Source: Oscillospiraceae bacterium (GTDB taxonomy: Bacteria > Bacillota > Clostridia > Oscillospirales > Ruminococcaceae). From it: a stretch of DNA of 64,000 nt. Below, in pieces: positions 9,156-18,474 of this stretch. A program made the position numbers and the translations under genes. Positions within the stretch are counted from its first letter, which is position 1, and every line of letters starts with the position of its first letter. The stretch covers positions 8,332 to 72,331 of the forward strand of contig JAFXCV010000061.1 of NCBI GenBank assembly GCA_017521325.1, in the 5' to 3' direction. Under the pieces are notes generated by a model. It was not told the DNA's origin, searched no databases, and saw only the letters and a list, made by a program, of their open reading frames with translations.

Positions 9156-10351
9156 ATTTATCCGGAAAATGCGTGGTTCTTGCGGTGACCGGCGGCATTG
9201 CCGCCTACAAGATCGCAGGACTTGCAAGCACACTGAAGAAAACAGGTGCGGATGTGGTGGTGACCATGACGCAGAATGCGACGCAGTTTATAAATCCCAT
9301 CACCTTTGAAACGCTCACGGGCAACAAATGCCTGATCGACACCTTCGACCGCAACTTCCAGTACAGCGTGGAGCATGTAGCAATCGCCAAGCGTGCGGAT
9401 GTGGTGCTGGTCGCACCTGCCACGGCAAATGTCATCGCAAAGGCAGCACACGGCATTGCAGATGATATGCTCACGACAACGCTCCTCGCCTGCCCCTGTC
9501 ATAAAATCATTGCACCTGCGATGAATACAAACATGTACCGCAACCCCATTGTGCAGGATAATCTGAAGAAACTTGCAGATTTCGGCTTCGAGGTGATCCC
9601 CCCCGACTGCGGCTACCTTGCCTGCGGCGACATCGGTGACGGCAAAATGCCGTCGGAATCCGTTCTTCTTTCCTATATTGAAAAGGCGATCGCCTGCGAA
9701 AAGAACATGGCAGGAAAGAAAGTTCTCATCACGGCAGGTCCGACCTGCGAGAGGATTGATCCGGTGCGGTACATTACCAATCATTCCAGCGGAAAAATGG
9801 GCTACGCACTTGCAAAAATGGCGATGCTCCGTGGTGCGGAAGTCACACTTGTGACGGGAAAGACTGCCATTGCACCGCCGCCCTTTGTGAAGGTGGTAAA
9901 CGTTGAAAGTGCAGCGGAGATGTTTGCGGCGGCAACGCAGGAGCACACATCTCAGGATATTTTCATCATGGCGGCGGCAGTTGCGGATTATCGCCCGACA
10001 TCGGTTGCGGACGAAAAGATGAAGAAATCGGATGCCGATCTTTCCATCCCTCTGACACGCACGCAGGACATTCTCGGATGGCTCGGACAGAACCGCAGAG
10101 AAGGGCAATTCCTGTGCGGCTTCTCGATGGAAACGGAGAACATGCTTGAAAATTCGCAGAAAAAACTACACAAGAAGAATGCCGACATGATCTGTGCCAA
10201 TTCCCTGCGGCAGGAGGGTGCGGGCTTCGGGGTGGATACGAACATCCTCACGCTCATCACGAGGGACAATGCCGAGGAGCTTCCATGCATGACCAAGGAG
10301 GAAGCGGCGGACAGAATCCTTCTGAAGATACTTTCCTGCACGGAAAAATAA
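9152..10351 (+). CDS. coaBC: Bifunctional phosphopantothenoylcysteine decarboxylase / phosphopantothenate-cysteine ligase
   Basis: Flavoprotein N-domain (VLAVTGGIAAYK) and C-terminal DFP/CoaB domain; 399 aa. Confidence 0.95.
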   Translation: MNLSGKCVVLAVTGGIAAYKIAGLASTLKKTGADVVVTMTQNATQFINPITFETLTGNKCLIDTFDRNFQYSVEHVAIAKRADVVLVAPATANVIAKAAHGIADDMLTTTLLACPCHKIIAPAMNTNMYRNPIVQDNLKKLADFGFEVIPPDCGYLACGDIGDGKMPSESVLLSYIEKAIACEKNMAGKKVLITAGPTCERIDPVRYITNHSSGKMGYALAKMAMLRGAEVTLVTGKTAIAPPPFVKVVNVESAAEMFAAATQEHTSQDIFIMAAAVADYRPTSVADEKMKKSDADLSIPLTRTQDILGWLGQNRREGQFLCGFSMETENMLENSQKKLHKKNADMICANSLRQEGAGFGVDTNILTLITRDNAEELPCMTKEEAADRILLKILSCTEK

Positions 10352-10517
10352 ATAAAACGGAAGGAATATGTGTACATTTCTTCCGAATTTCAAAAAAATA
10401 TCGTAAAAAGGCTTGCAAAAAAACGTCTTTTATTATATACTAATAATGGACGTTTTTTTGCTGCATCGGATTCCGTTTTGCGGCAGAAAACAAAAACTGC
10501 AATGGAAAGGAAACATC

Positions 10518-11012
10518 ATGGAACAGTTTTTTATCATCCTCGGCGTCATTATCGGCATCCTGCTGCTGATCGTGATTTTCGGAGGCAAAAAGCATAACTG
10601 GCGTAAAATTCTCTATTTCTTTATTGAAGAAACGGATGAAAACGGCGAAAGCCTCGCACCCCGTTCACGCCCCCGTGCGGAACGACCGAAGGCATCGTCC
10701 AGACAGGCAGGCGCAAACCGCAAGAATCCCAACCAGCCCTATACGGAAATGGCGATCCTCATGCAGAAGATCGACGAACGCCGCAGAGTGGTGGATTCCT
10801 CCGGACACTCGACGCTCTACGATGAGTATTTTGAGCTGGTATTTGAAACCCGAAAGGGCGAAACCCTCCACCTGACCGCATCCCGTGCGGCCTTCAAGGA
10901 GGTTCCCTTCAATCAGCAGGGTTCTCTGACGCACAAGAGAGGACAGCTTGTCAAGTTCAAGTATGTCGGCGGACTTGTTTCGGATGAATATGTGCCGGTG
11001 AACAGACCGTAA
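10518..11012 (+). CDS. Membrane-anchored hypothetical protein, DUF2500(YhhM)-like C-terminal domain
   Basis: ATG 10518 with a GGAAAGG RBS. N-terminal TM (FFIILGVIIGILLLIVIF), a basic linker, then FELVFETRKGETLHLTASRAAFKEVPFNQQGSL. Confidence 0.55.
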   Translation: MEQFFIILGVIIGILLLIVIFGGKKHNWRKILYFFIEETDENGESLAPRSRPRAERPKASSRQAGANRKNPNQPYTEMAILMQKIDERRRVVDSSGHSTLYDEYFELVFETRKGETLHLTASRAAFKEVPFNQQGSLTHKRGQLVKFKYVGGLVSDEYVPVNRP

Positions 11013-11042
11013 AAAAATCCCCCTGTAAAGGGGGATTTTTTA
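11013..11042. terminator. Bidirectional intrinsic terminator
   Basis: AAAAAATCCCCC-tgtaaa-GGGGGATTTTTT hairpin between convergent genes. Confidence 0.8.
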
Positions 11043-11081
11043 TTTGTCAAGAAGTATTCTAAAGATAGGCACCCTATCACT

Positions 11082-11176
11082 GCCCCCACCCCAACCCCTC
11101 CCCCAGAGGGGGAGGGATAAAATTTGGAGGGTACTGCGTACCCTCCACCCGCCAAAGGGCACAGCCCTTTAAACCC
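11082..11176. repeat. GC-rich modular palindromic intergenic repeat (copy E1)
   Basis: ctgcccccaccccaacccctcccccagagggggaggga matches the core of the 22040-22518 units at roughly 85%. gccaaagggcacagccctttaaaccca resembles the C module of copies at 13073 and 32866. Confidence 0.7.
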
Positions 11177-11187
11177 AGCATCATTTT

Positions 11188-12600
11188 TTATTTTACAAAT
11201 TCCTCGATCGAATCGGTTCCGCCTGTTGCGGTGTATGCGGCATATTGCAGGATGATCGCAGCGTCGGTTGCATTGAACGCTGCATCGGCATTGACATCGG
11301 CACGGGACATCTGCTCCGCTGTCAGCTTTGTGCTGCCGCCGGCAGCGAGATTTGCAGCCTCCACAAGAATGGTAGATGCATCCAGTGCGTTGATCAGCGT
11401 GTCGCCGTTGACATCGCCCAGCGCAAACGTCCAGTCGTCGATCGCTGTAAAGTGCAGCCCCGTTTCATGAGCATAATAATGTGCGGTGGAATTGATATAG
11501 CCACGGATTGACTGTGTTTTGGGAACACAGCTGTAAACACCGAGCATTTCCGCCACAGAAAGCGCATCCATATCCAGATAATCCATGCTGCCGAACCAGT
11601 CCAGACGGCTGAGCAGAATGGTGTCAAAATAATTGGGATCGCTTTTCAGTATTTCTTCATACTGCTCGTATTTATCTTCCGGAACAACATCCCTGACATA
11701 ACGTTCCGTATCAAACGCCACACCAAAGGCATCCTCACCAAGCTGTGCCTTTTTGTCACTGACAGTGAGTTCCTTCAGCTCCTTGCAGTTGAGGAATGCA
11801 TATGCCCCGATCTTCTTCACGTTTTCGCCAAGCGTGAGCGATTCCAAGCGCAGGCAGTTGAAAAATGCCATGTCGCCGATTTCCGTCACACTGTCGGGAA
11901 TGTTCAAGGAGGTCAGTGCCGGAAGATTTGCAAACGCAAGCTTCTCGATCGTTTCTACAGTTTCGGGAAGCGTAATGGTAAATTTCGCATCCTCAATGTC
12001 CTGCGATTCATCCGATATGAAATCATACGGCAGATTCGAAAGATTTCCGAAGGCATCCTTGCAGATCTTTGTCACGCCCTCCGGCACAACAATATTCATG
12101 GATTCGGAAATATCACAGTACCGCAGCTCCCCGTCAATGATCACGAAGGGATCCTGCTCCATCATGGCAGTGCCGGAAAGGCAGTTCATGTTGAAGTATT
12201 CTACATGCTCGATACCCTGAATTTCACGCAGATTAGGGCAATCCTTAAAAAGCATCGCACTAAAGGTATCAAATCCTTCCGACAACACGACGGTTTCCAG
12301 TGCCGGGTATCCGCTGAACGCCTCCGCATCAGCACCGGTCACACCCTCGCCGAATACGATGGTTTTGATCTTGTCCCGATAACCCCAGTTGGGATAAATG
12401 GCATTGTCCTCATCAGGAAAGCCATGTTGGAAAATCACATCGCCCGAACCGCCAAGCGTCAGGACGCCGTCCGTAATATCCCATTCGATGCCGTTATAAG
12501 TACCGATCGTGTTGACCGATTCCGCCGCTTGTGCTGCAATAGGCATGCTGCAGGCACACAGTGAAAGTGCGGTCAGAAGTGCTGTAATTCTGTGTTTCAT
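11188..12600 (-). CDS. Secreted leucine-rich-repeat (BspA-type LRR) protein with C-terminal dockerin
   Basis: ATG 12600 with a GGGAGG RBS. Signal peptide MKHRITALLTALSLCACSMPIAAQA. LRR_5-like repeats. Dockerin GDVNGDTLINALDASTILV...ADVNADAAFNATDAAIILQYA. Confidence 0.85.
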   Translation of the reverse strand: MKHRITALLTALSLCACSMPIAAQAAESVNTIGTYNGIEWDITDGVLTLGGSGDVIFQHGFPDEDNAIYPNWGYRDKIKTIVFGEGVTGADAEAFSGYPALETVVLSEGFDTFSAMLFKDCPNLREIQGIEHVEYFNMNCLSGTAMMEQDPFVIIDGELRYCDISESMNIVVPEGVTKICKDAFGNLSNLPYDFISDESQDIEDAKFTITLPETVETIEKLAFANLPALTSLNIPDSVTEIGDMAFFNCLRLESLTLGENVKKIGAYAFLNCKELKELTVSDKKAQLGEDAFGVAFDTERYVRDVVPEDKYEQYEEILKSDPNYFDTILLSRLDWFGSMDYLDMDALSVAEMLGVYSCVPKTQSIRGYINSTAHYYAHETGLHFTAIDDWTFALGDVNGDTLINALDASTILVEAANLAAGGSTKLTAEQMSRADVNADAAFNATDAAIILQYAAYTATGGTDSIEEFVK

Positions 12601-12748
12601 AAGTATTACCTCCCTTTGCATTTTGTCTTCAGATATTCTTTCCTTTATTATACAGCAGGCGCAGGTTGATTTTGTTACAAAATTATGAACATTCACCAAA
12701 ACTGTGTTATATGGTTTTTGTTTGGCAAAAAATTTTTTCTTAAAATCA

Positions 12749-12777
12749 TTGACAAAGGGGAGAAAATGTGCTATGAT
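12749..12777 (+). promoter_or_regulatory. thrS promoter (TTGACA-17-TATGAT)
   Basis: Consensus -35 at 12749-12754 and -10 at 12772-12777. Confidence 0.6.
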
Positions 12778-12784
12778 TAGGGTA

Positions 12785-13047
12785 CAAATGAACAAAAACG
12801 CAGATGAGGAAGACAAAGCGAACAGGATTCGTCCCCCATCCTTCAGAGAGCCGTCACCATTGGGCTGAAAATGACGGCAGGATGTGTTTGCTGCGTATAC
12901 CACCTCGGAGTCCGTGCTAATCCACGGCGGCTCACCACCGTTATCGGGTGCAGAATAAGGCGTATCTCTACGCAAATTCGGGTGGAACCACGGTTTTACA
13001 TCGTCCCGAAAGTTATGGCATTGCTATAGCTTTCGGGGCGTTTTTGT
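12785..13047 (+). promoter_or_regulatory. T-box leader (tRNA-Thr-sensing riboswitch), probable ACC specifier, with terminator
   Basis: GA/K-turn motif (AGATGAGGAAGA). AG bay CAGAGAG with distal loop (12843-12880). Candidate specifier ACC followed by A at 12899-12902. T-box sequence AAATTCGGGTGGAACCACGG at 12974-12993. Terminator CCCGAAAG...CTTTCGGGG plus T-run at 13004-13047. It lies upstream of thrS. Confidence 0.8.
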
Positions 13048-13072
13048 TTATGTAGCGGAAAAACTGCTGTAT

Positions 13073-13129
13073 GGGGGACGCCGTCCCCCATACCCCCTGC
13101 CAAAGGGATATTATCCCTTTGGAATCCCA
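13073..13129. repeat. GC-rich modular palindromic repeat (copy E2) inside the thrS 5' leader
   Basis: gggggacgccgtcccccataccccctgccaaagggatattatccctttggaatccca is nearly identical to 32866-32923. Confidence 0.8.
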
Positions 13130-13271
13130 TAGCGTTTTGCCAATGCCCCCAAATGGTGGCAAAGGCAAAACGTTAGAATTGCAAGAATACCATTCTTGAC
13201 AGGTGCATGGAGAACAGTCACCATACAGCATTTTCCGACAAAATCAAAAATCCGAAAAGGAGAGATTTACA

Positions 13272-15218
13272 ATGTTAAAGTTAACACTCAAAGACGGCAG
13301 CATTCGTGAAGTGGAAGAGAATAGTTCCGCTGCGGAAGTTGTCAAGGGCATTGGCATGGGACTGTACAAGTCCGCATGCTGCGTAAAAATCAACGGTGAG
13401 GTGTGCGATCTGCGCACCGTGCTCACAGAGGACTGCACATTTGAAGTGCTGACCTTCGATGATGCAGAGGGCAAGAAGACCTTCTGGCACACCGCATCCC
13501 ACATTCTGGCGCAGGCGGTAAAGCGTCTGTATCCCGAAACAAAGCTTGCTATCGGCCCTGCAATCGACGGCGGCTTCTACTACGATTTTGATGCACCCCA
13601 TCCGTTCAGCCCCGATGAGCTGCTGAAAATCGAAGCAGAGATGAAAAAGATCGTCAAGGAGAATCAGGCGCTCGAAGCCTTCACACTCTCCCCCGAAGAA
13701 GCTATTGCAAAACTCAAGGAAATGGACGAGCCTTACAAGGTAGAGCTTTGCGAGGAGCATGCCGATAAGGGCGAGCCGATTTCCTTCTATCAGCAGGGCG
13801 AATTTGTTGACCTGTGCGCAGGCCCGCATCTGATGAGCACGGGTGCAGTCAAGGCATTCAAACTGCTGTCCTGCACAGGTGCATACTGGAGAGGCTCCGA
13901 AAAGAACAAGATGCTCTCCCGTGTTTATGCAACCGCATTTCCGAAGGCTGCACAGCTTGACGAAGAGCTGCAGCGCCGTGAGGAAGCAAAAATGCGTGAC
14001 CACAACAAGCTCGGCAGAGAGCTGGAGCTGTTCACAACTGTGGACTGCATCGGTCAGGGTCTGCCGATCCTGCTGCCGAAGGGCGCAAGAGTCATTCAGC
14101 TTCTCCAGAGATGGATCGAAGATGAGGAGCAGAAGCGTGGCTATCTGCTGACAAAGACCCCCCTCATGGCAAAATCCGATCTTTACAAGATTTCCGGTCA
14201 CTGGGATCACTACCGTGACGGCATGTTCATTCTGGGCGATGCAGACGACGAGAGCAAGGAATGCTTCGCACTGCGTCCGATGACATGTCCCTTCCAGTAT
14301 CAGGTATTCCTCAACCGTCAGCGTTCCTATCGTGATCTGCCGATGCGTCTGGGCGAAACCTCCACACTGTTCCGCAACGAGGACAGCGGCGAGATGCACG
14401 GTCTGATCCGTGTGCGTCAGTTCACGATTTCCGAAGGTCATCTGATTCTGCGTCCCGAACAGCTCGAAGAGGAATTCAAGGGCTGTCTGGAGCTGGCAAA
14501 ATATGTCCTTGATACCGTTGGCATGCTCGAAGACTGCACCTTCCGTTTCTCCCAGTGGGATCCCGAGAACCCGAAGAACAAGTACGAGGGTACCAAGGAA
14601 CAGTGGGAAGAGGCACAATCCATCATGGGCAAGATTCTCGACAATCTGGGCGTAAATTATGAGATCGGCATCGACGAAGCTGCATTCTATGGTCCGAAGC
14701 TCGACATTCAGTACAAGAATGTATTCGGCAAGGAAGATACCATCGTTACCATCCAGATTGACATGCTGCTGGCTGAAAAGTTCGGCATGGAATATGTGGA
14801 TGTGGACGGCTCAAAGCGCAGACCGTACATCATTCACAGAACCTCTCTGGGCTGCTACGAGAGAACGCTTGCTTATCTCATTGAGAAGTATGCAGGCGCA
14901 CTGCCGCTGTGGCTGGCTCCGGAGCAGGTAAAGATCATCCCGATCGCAGACCGTCATCTCGACTGGGCGGGCGAGGTGCAGGCAAAGCTTGAAGCTGTCG
15001 GCATCCGCTGCTCGATTGACGACAGAGCAGAGAAGATGGGCAAGAAGATCCGTGAGGCAACACTTGCAAAGACCCCCTACATGCTCACCGTGGGCGATCA
15101 GGAAGTGGAGAGCAAGACCGTTTCCGTACGTTCCAGAAAGGGCGACAATCTTGGTGCAATGGATATGGATGCACTGCTTGGCAAGCTCCTGACGGAGGTT
15201 GCGACGAAGGCGAGATAA
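13272..15218 (+). CDS. thrS: Threonine--tRNA ligase
   Basis: TGS domain start (MLKLTLKDGSIREV), editing domain, class II core and anticodon-binding domains. RBS AAAGGAGAG. 648 aa. Confidence 0.97.
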   Translation: MLKLTLKDGSIREVEENSSAAEVVKGIGMGLYKSACCVKINGEVCDLRTVLTEDCTFEVLTFDDAEGKKTFWHTASHILAQAVKRLYPETKLAIGPAIDGGFYYDFDAPHPFSPDELLKIEAEMKKIVKENQALEAFTLSPEEAIAKLKEMDEPYKVELCEEHADKGEPISFYQQGEFVDLCAGPHLMSTGAVKAFKLLSCTGAYWRGSEKNKMLSRVYATAFPKAAQLDEELQRREEAKMRDHNKLGRELELFTTVDCIGQGLPILLPKGARVIQLLQRWIEDEEQKRGYLLTKTPLMAKSDLYKISGHWDHYRDGMFILGDADDESKECFALRPMTCPFQYQVFLNRQRSYRDLPMRLGETSTLFRNEDSGEMHGLIRVRQFTISEGHLILRPEQLEEEFKGCLELAKYVLDTVGMLEDCTFRFSQWDPENPKNKYEGTKEQWEEAQSIMGKILDNLGVNYEIGIDEAAFYGPKLDIQYKNVFGKEDTIVTIQIDMLLAEKFGMEYVDVDGSKRRPYIIHRTSLGCYERTLAYLIEKYAGALPLWLAPEQVKIIPIADRHLDWAGEVQAKLEAVGIRCSIDDRAEKMGKKIREATLAKTPYMLTVGDQEVESKTVSVRSRKGDNLGAMDMDALLGKLLTEVATKAR

Positions 15219-15231
15219 ATAGAAATATCAT

Positions 15232-15264
15232 AAAAATCCCCCATGCATATGCATGGGGGATTTT
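15232..15264 (+). terminator. Intrinsic terminator of thrS
   Basis: AAAAATCCCCCATGCATATGCATGGGGGATTTT. Confidence 0.85.
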
Positions 15265-15280
15265 AGAAAAGGATGGATTT

Positions 15281-16753
15281 ATGAAGAAAAAGATTACCGC
15301 ACTGCTTTCGGCCGGTATGATGCTGCTGCAATCTGCACCGTTCACCGCATTGGCAGGTCTGATTGAAGTTGCACCGGGGAATATGGTGTTTCTGGATGTA
15401 CAGTATCCCGACGGCAGTTCCGCTGACGGTGTCAAGGTCACGCTGCACAATGCAGCCGGTACGGAGATCGGCGGAATTATCAATGATGAGAGCTTTTTTG
15501 AACGCAATGATTCCGGCATTGACGGCACAGAGCTGGGAGATGACCGATACTGCTACTTTGTGCCGTGGAGCACCTTCACCCCCTATGTCGCACCGCAGAC
15601 ACTGCACAGTGTCAGAACCTGCCGCACGGACTGGGAGGTTGAAGCCTATGCAATCTATGAGAATGAGCCGGTCCACATCAACGGTGGTCTTCCTTACAAG
15701 GTGCAGCTGTACAGCTATGATGCCTCACAGGCGACCGCACTGACTGTACCGGCAAACCAATTCGGCGTTTATGTCGATCCGAAATGGGCGAACCGTACAG
15801 CTGTCGGATTTGTATCCACACCCATGCTGACATACTATTTCAATAAAAAAGGAGCCACGGGGGTACTGGATGCAATGACCACCATCCCCGTAGGGGAGAC
15901 CAGACTGTATGATGCGTTCAATTCAGCTTATGAGGCAAAGATTGGTCTGGAATTGGATGGCGGCAGCAGCGGTGTTTCTGCGCATAGTGTCACGATCAGC
16001 AGTACCGCCGCACAATATGTCTTCTGCCGAATGCCGCTTTACAAGCTGTGTCCCTATTTCCGGGAAGACGGGAATTTTGAGAAAGATAATCTGCTTTACG
16101 ATCTGCGGCAGGATACCCAATATACCAGTGCCATGCTCACCATTCAGAGCGGTTCGATCATTAATGCCGTCATCCCAGACAGCAGCGGCTATGTGGAATT
16201 CTATCTGGACAAAGCATCCAGAGAGTATACGTTGGATTTCTGCTACTATTTCAGCAATGTTCCGAGCGACCATGGTACTCACATAAGCGGCGGCAGCGGT
16301 TTCGGCTATAGCGGCGTAGCCGCCAATATTACGGAACATTTCCTTGAGGCGCTGCAGCCTCCCACGGATGAAATTGTTCTGACGCAGGTGCCCGCCGGAA
16401 CGTATACCCTGACCTATGAGGAGGTTCCGGAGGGCTTCGCCGCCCCGAAAACCACCGCAATCACAGTGGCAAACAGTAAGGAAATACAGTATGTCCGACT
16501 TGCACTTGAAACTGCGCCTCTGCCGGGCGATGTCAATTTTGACAGGCTGATCAACGCCGCCGATGCTGCAATTCTGCTCAGTGCAGCAGCTGCTGCCGGT
16601 GCAGGCGGCGACAGCGATCTGCACGAAGAACAACTCAAAGTCGCAGACCTCAACGCCGACAGCAGTGTAAATGCACTCGATGCAGCCATCATCCTGCAGT
16701 ATGCAGGCGCAGGCGGCGAAAACTCCATCGAAGATTTCATCAAATCTCTGTAA
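15281..16753 (+). CDS. Secreted dockerin-bearing protein of unknown function (a prealbumin/Cna-B-like module precedes the dockerin)
   Basis: Signal peptide MKKKITALLSAGMMLLQSAPFTALA. C-terminal dockerin GDVNFDRLINAADAAILL...ADLNADSSVNALDAAIILQYA. Confidence 0.85.
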   Translation: MKKKITALLSAGMMLLQSAPFTALAGLIEVAPGNMVFLDVQYPDGSSADGVKVTLHNAAGTEIGGIINDESFFERNDSGIDGTELGDDRYCYFVPWSTFTPYVAPQTLHSVRTCRTDWEVEAYAIYENEPVHINGGLPYKVQLYSYDASQATALTVPANQFGVYVDPKWANRTAVGFVSTPMLTYYFNKKGATGVLDAMTTIPVGETRLYDAFNSAYEAKIGLELDGGSSGVSAHSVTISSTAAQYVFCRMPLYKLCPYFREDGNFEKDNLLYDLRQDTQYTSAMLTIQSGSIINAVIPDSSGYVEFYLDKASREYTLDFCYYFSNVPSDHGTHISGGSGFGYSGVAANITEHFLEALQPPTDEIVLTQVPAGTYTLTYEEVPEGFAAPKTTAITVANSKEIQYVRLALETAPLPGDVNFDRLINAADAAILLSAAAAAGAGGDSDLHEEQLKVADLNADSSVNALDAAIILQYAGAGGENSIEDFIKSL

Positions 16754-16762
16754 GCAACAGTA

Positions 16763-16800
16763 AAACGGGCTTCTCCGAATGGAGAAGCCCGTTTCTGTTT
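16763..16800 (+). terminator. Intrinsic terminator
   Basis: AAACGGGCTTCTCC-gaat-GGAGAAGCCCGTTT plus a T-rich tail. Confidence 0.8.
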
Positions 16801-16943
16801 CTCATATTTTTCAACGGCAATATTTGTGCTATCCCACAAAAACAACAGCGTCATGCGGAAATACCCTTGTGTTTTCTTCAGCATGGTACTATAATAAAAT
16901 TATACACATCCGCATCAATACAACAACGAAAAGAGGTACCACA

Positions 16944-18431
16944 ATGAAAACATGGAAAAGAACATCGGCAGGACTGATGGCATTTGCAATGCTGCTGACA
17001 GCCTGCCCCGCCATTACTGCCAATGCGGAAAACGAAACGGAAATGAAATTCGGCGCACTGACCTATGAGCTTGACGAGGATGGCTTGATTGCCATCACAG
17101 GCTTTGACAAATCCGTCACAGAGGTCGTGATTCCTGCGGAAATCGACGGCAAGCCTGTTATCATGATTGATGACAGCGTTTTCGAAAACTGCACGGAGCT
17201 GACATCTGTAACCATCACGGAGGGCGTCATGTCCATCGGTTCGGGTGCATTTGCAAACTGCACGGGACTGACCGAAATCACCATTCCCGGCAGTGTGTTC
17301 GGCATCGGCGGCTCCGCATTTGCTGACTGCACGGGACTGAAAACAGTGAAGCTGGAGGAAGGTGTCCAGATTCTCGAAGATAACGCTTTCATGGGCTGCA
17401 CAAGTCTTGCGGAAATCGACTTCCCCGACACGCTCATTACGGTGGCATCCGATGCATTTTCCGACACGCCCCTGCTGGAGAGTCAGACAGGCACGATCCG
17501 CTATATTTCAGACTGGCTGATCGACTGCGAGGAAACGGCAACAGATTTTACCATCAAGGACGGCACAAGGGGCATTGCCGCCTGTGCCTTCGAGAATTGC
17601 GAAAATCTCGTGGAAATCTCCATCCCCGACAGTGTATATTCCGTCTGCGACGACGCATTTCTCAACACACCCCTGTATGATACGCAGGAAGGTGTCATTT
17701 ATGCGGACAACTGGGTGATCGGATATGATGAAACCGTTCCTGTTGATTTGCGGGAAGGAACAAGGGGCATTGTTGAGGGCGTATTCATGTTTACGGATGT
17801 GTCAGAGCTGAAGCTTCCCGAATCTCTCCGTACGATCGGAATGACATGTTTCGCCTTTACACCGCTGGAAACCCTGACGCTTCCTGCCGACGTGAAAATT
17901 CTCGGCCCCATGCCCTTTGCACTTTGCACGGTTCTGGAAGAGGTCACGATTGGCAGCGGCGTAGAAAACATCCCGATTATGGCATTTATGGGCTGTGCAG
18001 TGAAAACCGTCCACATTTCCAAGAGTGTAAAGCAGATCAGCTTTGCAGCATTTATGGAATGCCCCAACCTTACGGACATCTACTACGACGGTACGGAGGC
18101 AGAGTGGAACGCCATCAAGAAGGAAGCGTTCAACACTGCACTTGACGGGGCAGTCATTCATTTCGCTGATGTCGCAGAACCGACCTGTTCTCTCGGCGAC
18201 CTTGACGCCGACGGTTCCGTCAACGCAACCGATGCAGCCATGCTGCTTTGTGCAGCAGCAGCATCCGGCGCAGGCGGTGACAGCGGTCTGAATGAGATGC
18301 AGATTGCCGCTGCCGACTTAAACTCCGACAATACCTACGACGCACTTGACGCCGCCATCATCCTGCAATACGCAGCGTACGCAGGCGCAGGCGGCAAGGA
18401 TTCGATTGAGGATTTCGTAAATTCATTATAA
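16944..18431 (+). CDS. Secreted BspA-type LRR protein with C-terminal dockerin
   Basis: ATG 16944 (RBS AAGAGG). Signal peptide MKTWKRTSAGLMAFAMLLTACPAITANA. Repeated ...FENCTELTSVTI... LRR_5 units. Dockerin GDLDADGSVNATDAAMLL...ADLNSDNTYDALDAAIILQYA. Confidence 0.85.
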   Translation: MKTWKRTSAGLMAFAMLLTACPAITANAENETEMKFGALTYELDEDGLIAITGFDKSVTEVVIPAEIDGKPVIMIDDSVFENCTELTSVTITEGVMSIGSGAFANCTGLTEITIPGSVFGIGGSAFADCTGLKTVKLEEGVQILEDNAFMGCTSLAEIDFPDTLITVASDAFSDTPLLESQTGTIRYISDWLIDCEETATDFTIKDGTRGIAACAFENCENLVEISIPDSVYSVCDDAFLNTPLYDTQEGVIYADNWVIGYDETVPVDLREGTRGIVEGVFMFTDVSELKLPESLRTIGMTCFAFTPLETLTLPADVKILGPMPFALCTVLEEVTIGSGVENIPIMAFMGCAVKTVHISKSVKQISFAAFMECPNLTDIYYDGTEAEWNAIKKEAFNTALDGAVIHFADVAEPTCSLGDLDADGSVNATDAAMLLCAAAASGAGGDSGLNEMQIAAADLNSDNTYDALDAAIILQYAAYAGAGGKDSIEDFVNSL

Positions 18432-18435
18432 GCGA

Positions 18436-18468
18436 AAAATGCCCCACCTTTTGGTGGGGCACATTTTT
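18436..18468. terminator. Bidirectional intrinsic terminator
   Basis: AAAAATGCCCCACC-tttt-GGTGGGGCACATTTTT between convergent genes. Confidence 0.85.
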
Positions 18469-18474
18469 ATGAAA

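Noticed and set aside
9158-10108. 316-aa minus-strand ORF opposite coaBC
   Set aside because: It is the shadow of a high-confidence coaBC. The composition is Arg/Cys/His-rich and typical of the antisense frame in GC-rich coding DNA.
12601-12975. N-terminal extension of the LRR-dockerin ORF (track start 12975)
   Set aside because: The extension runs antisense through the thrS promoter and T-box. A signal peptide and a strong RBS occur at ATG 12600.
13203-13271. Upstream start for thrS (track start 13203)
   Set aside because: It has no RBS. The conserved TGS-domain N-terminus MLKLTLKDG begins at 13272, directly after AAAGGAGAG.
13281-14618. 445-aa minus-strand ORF opposite thrS
   Set aside because: Antisense shadow of thrS; no motif.
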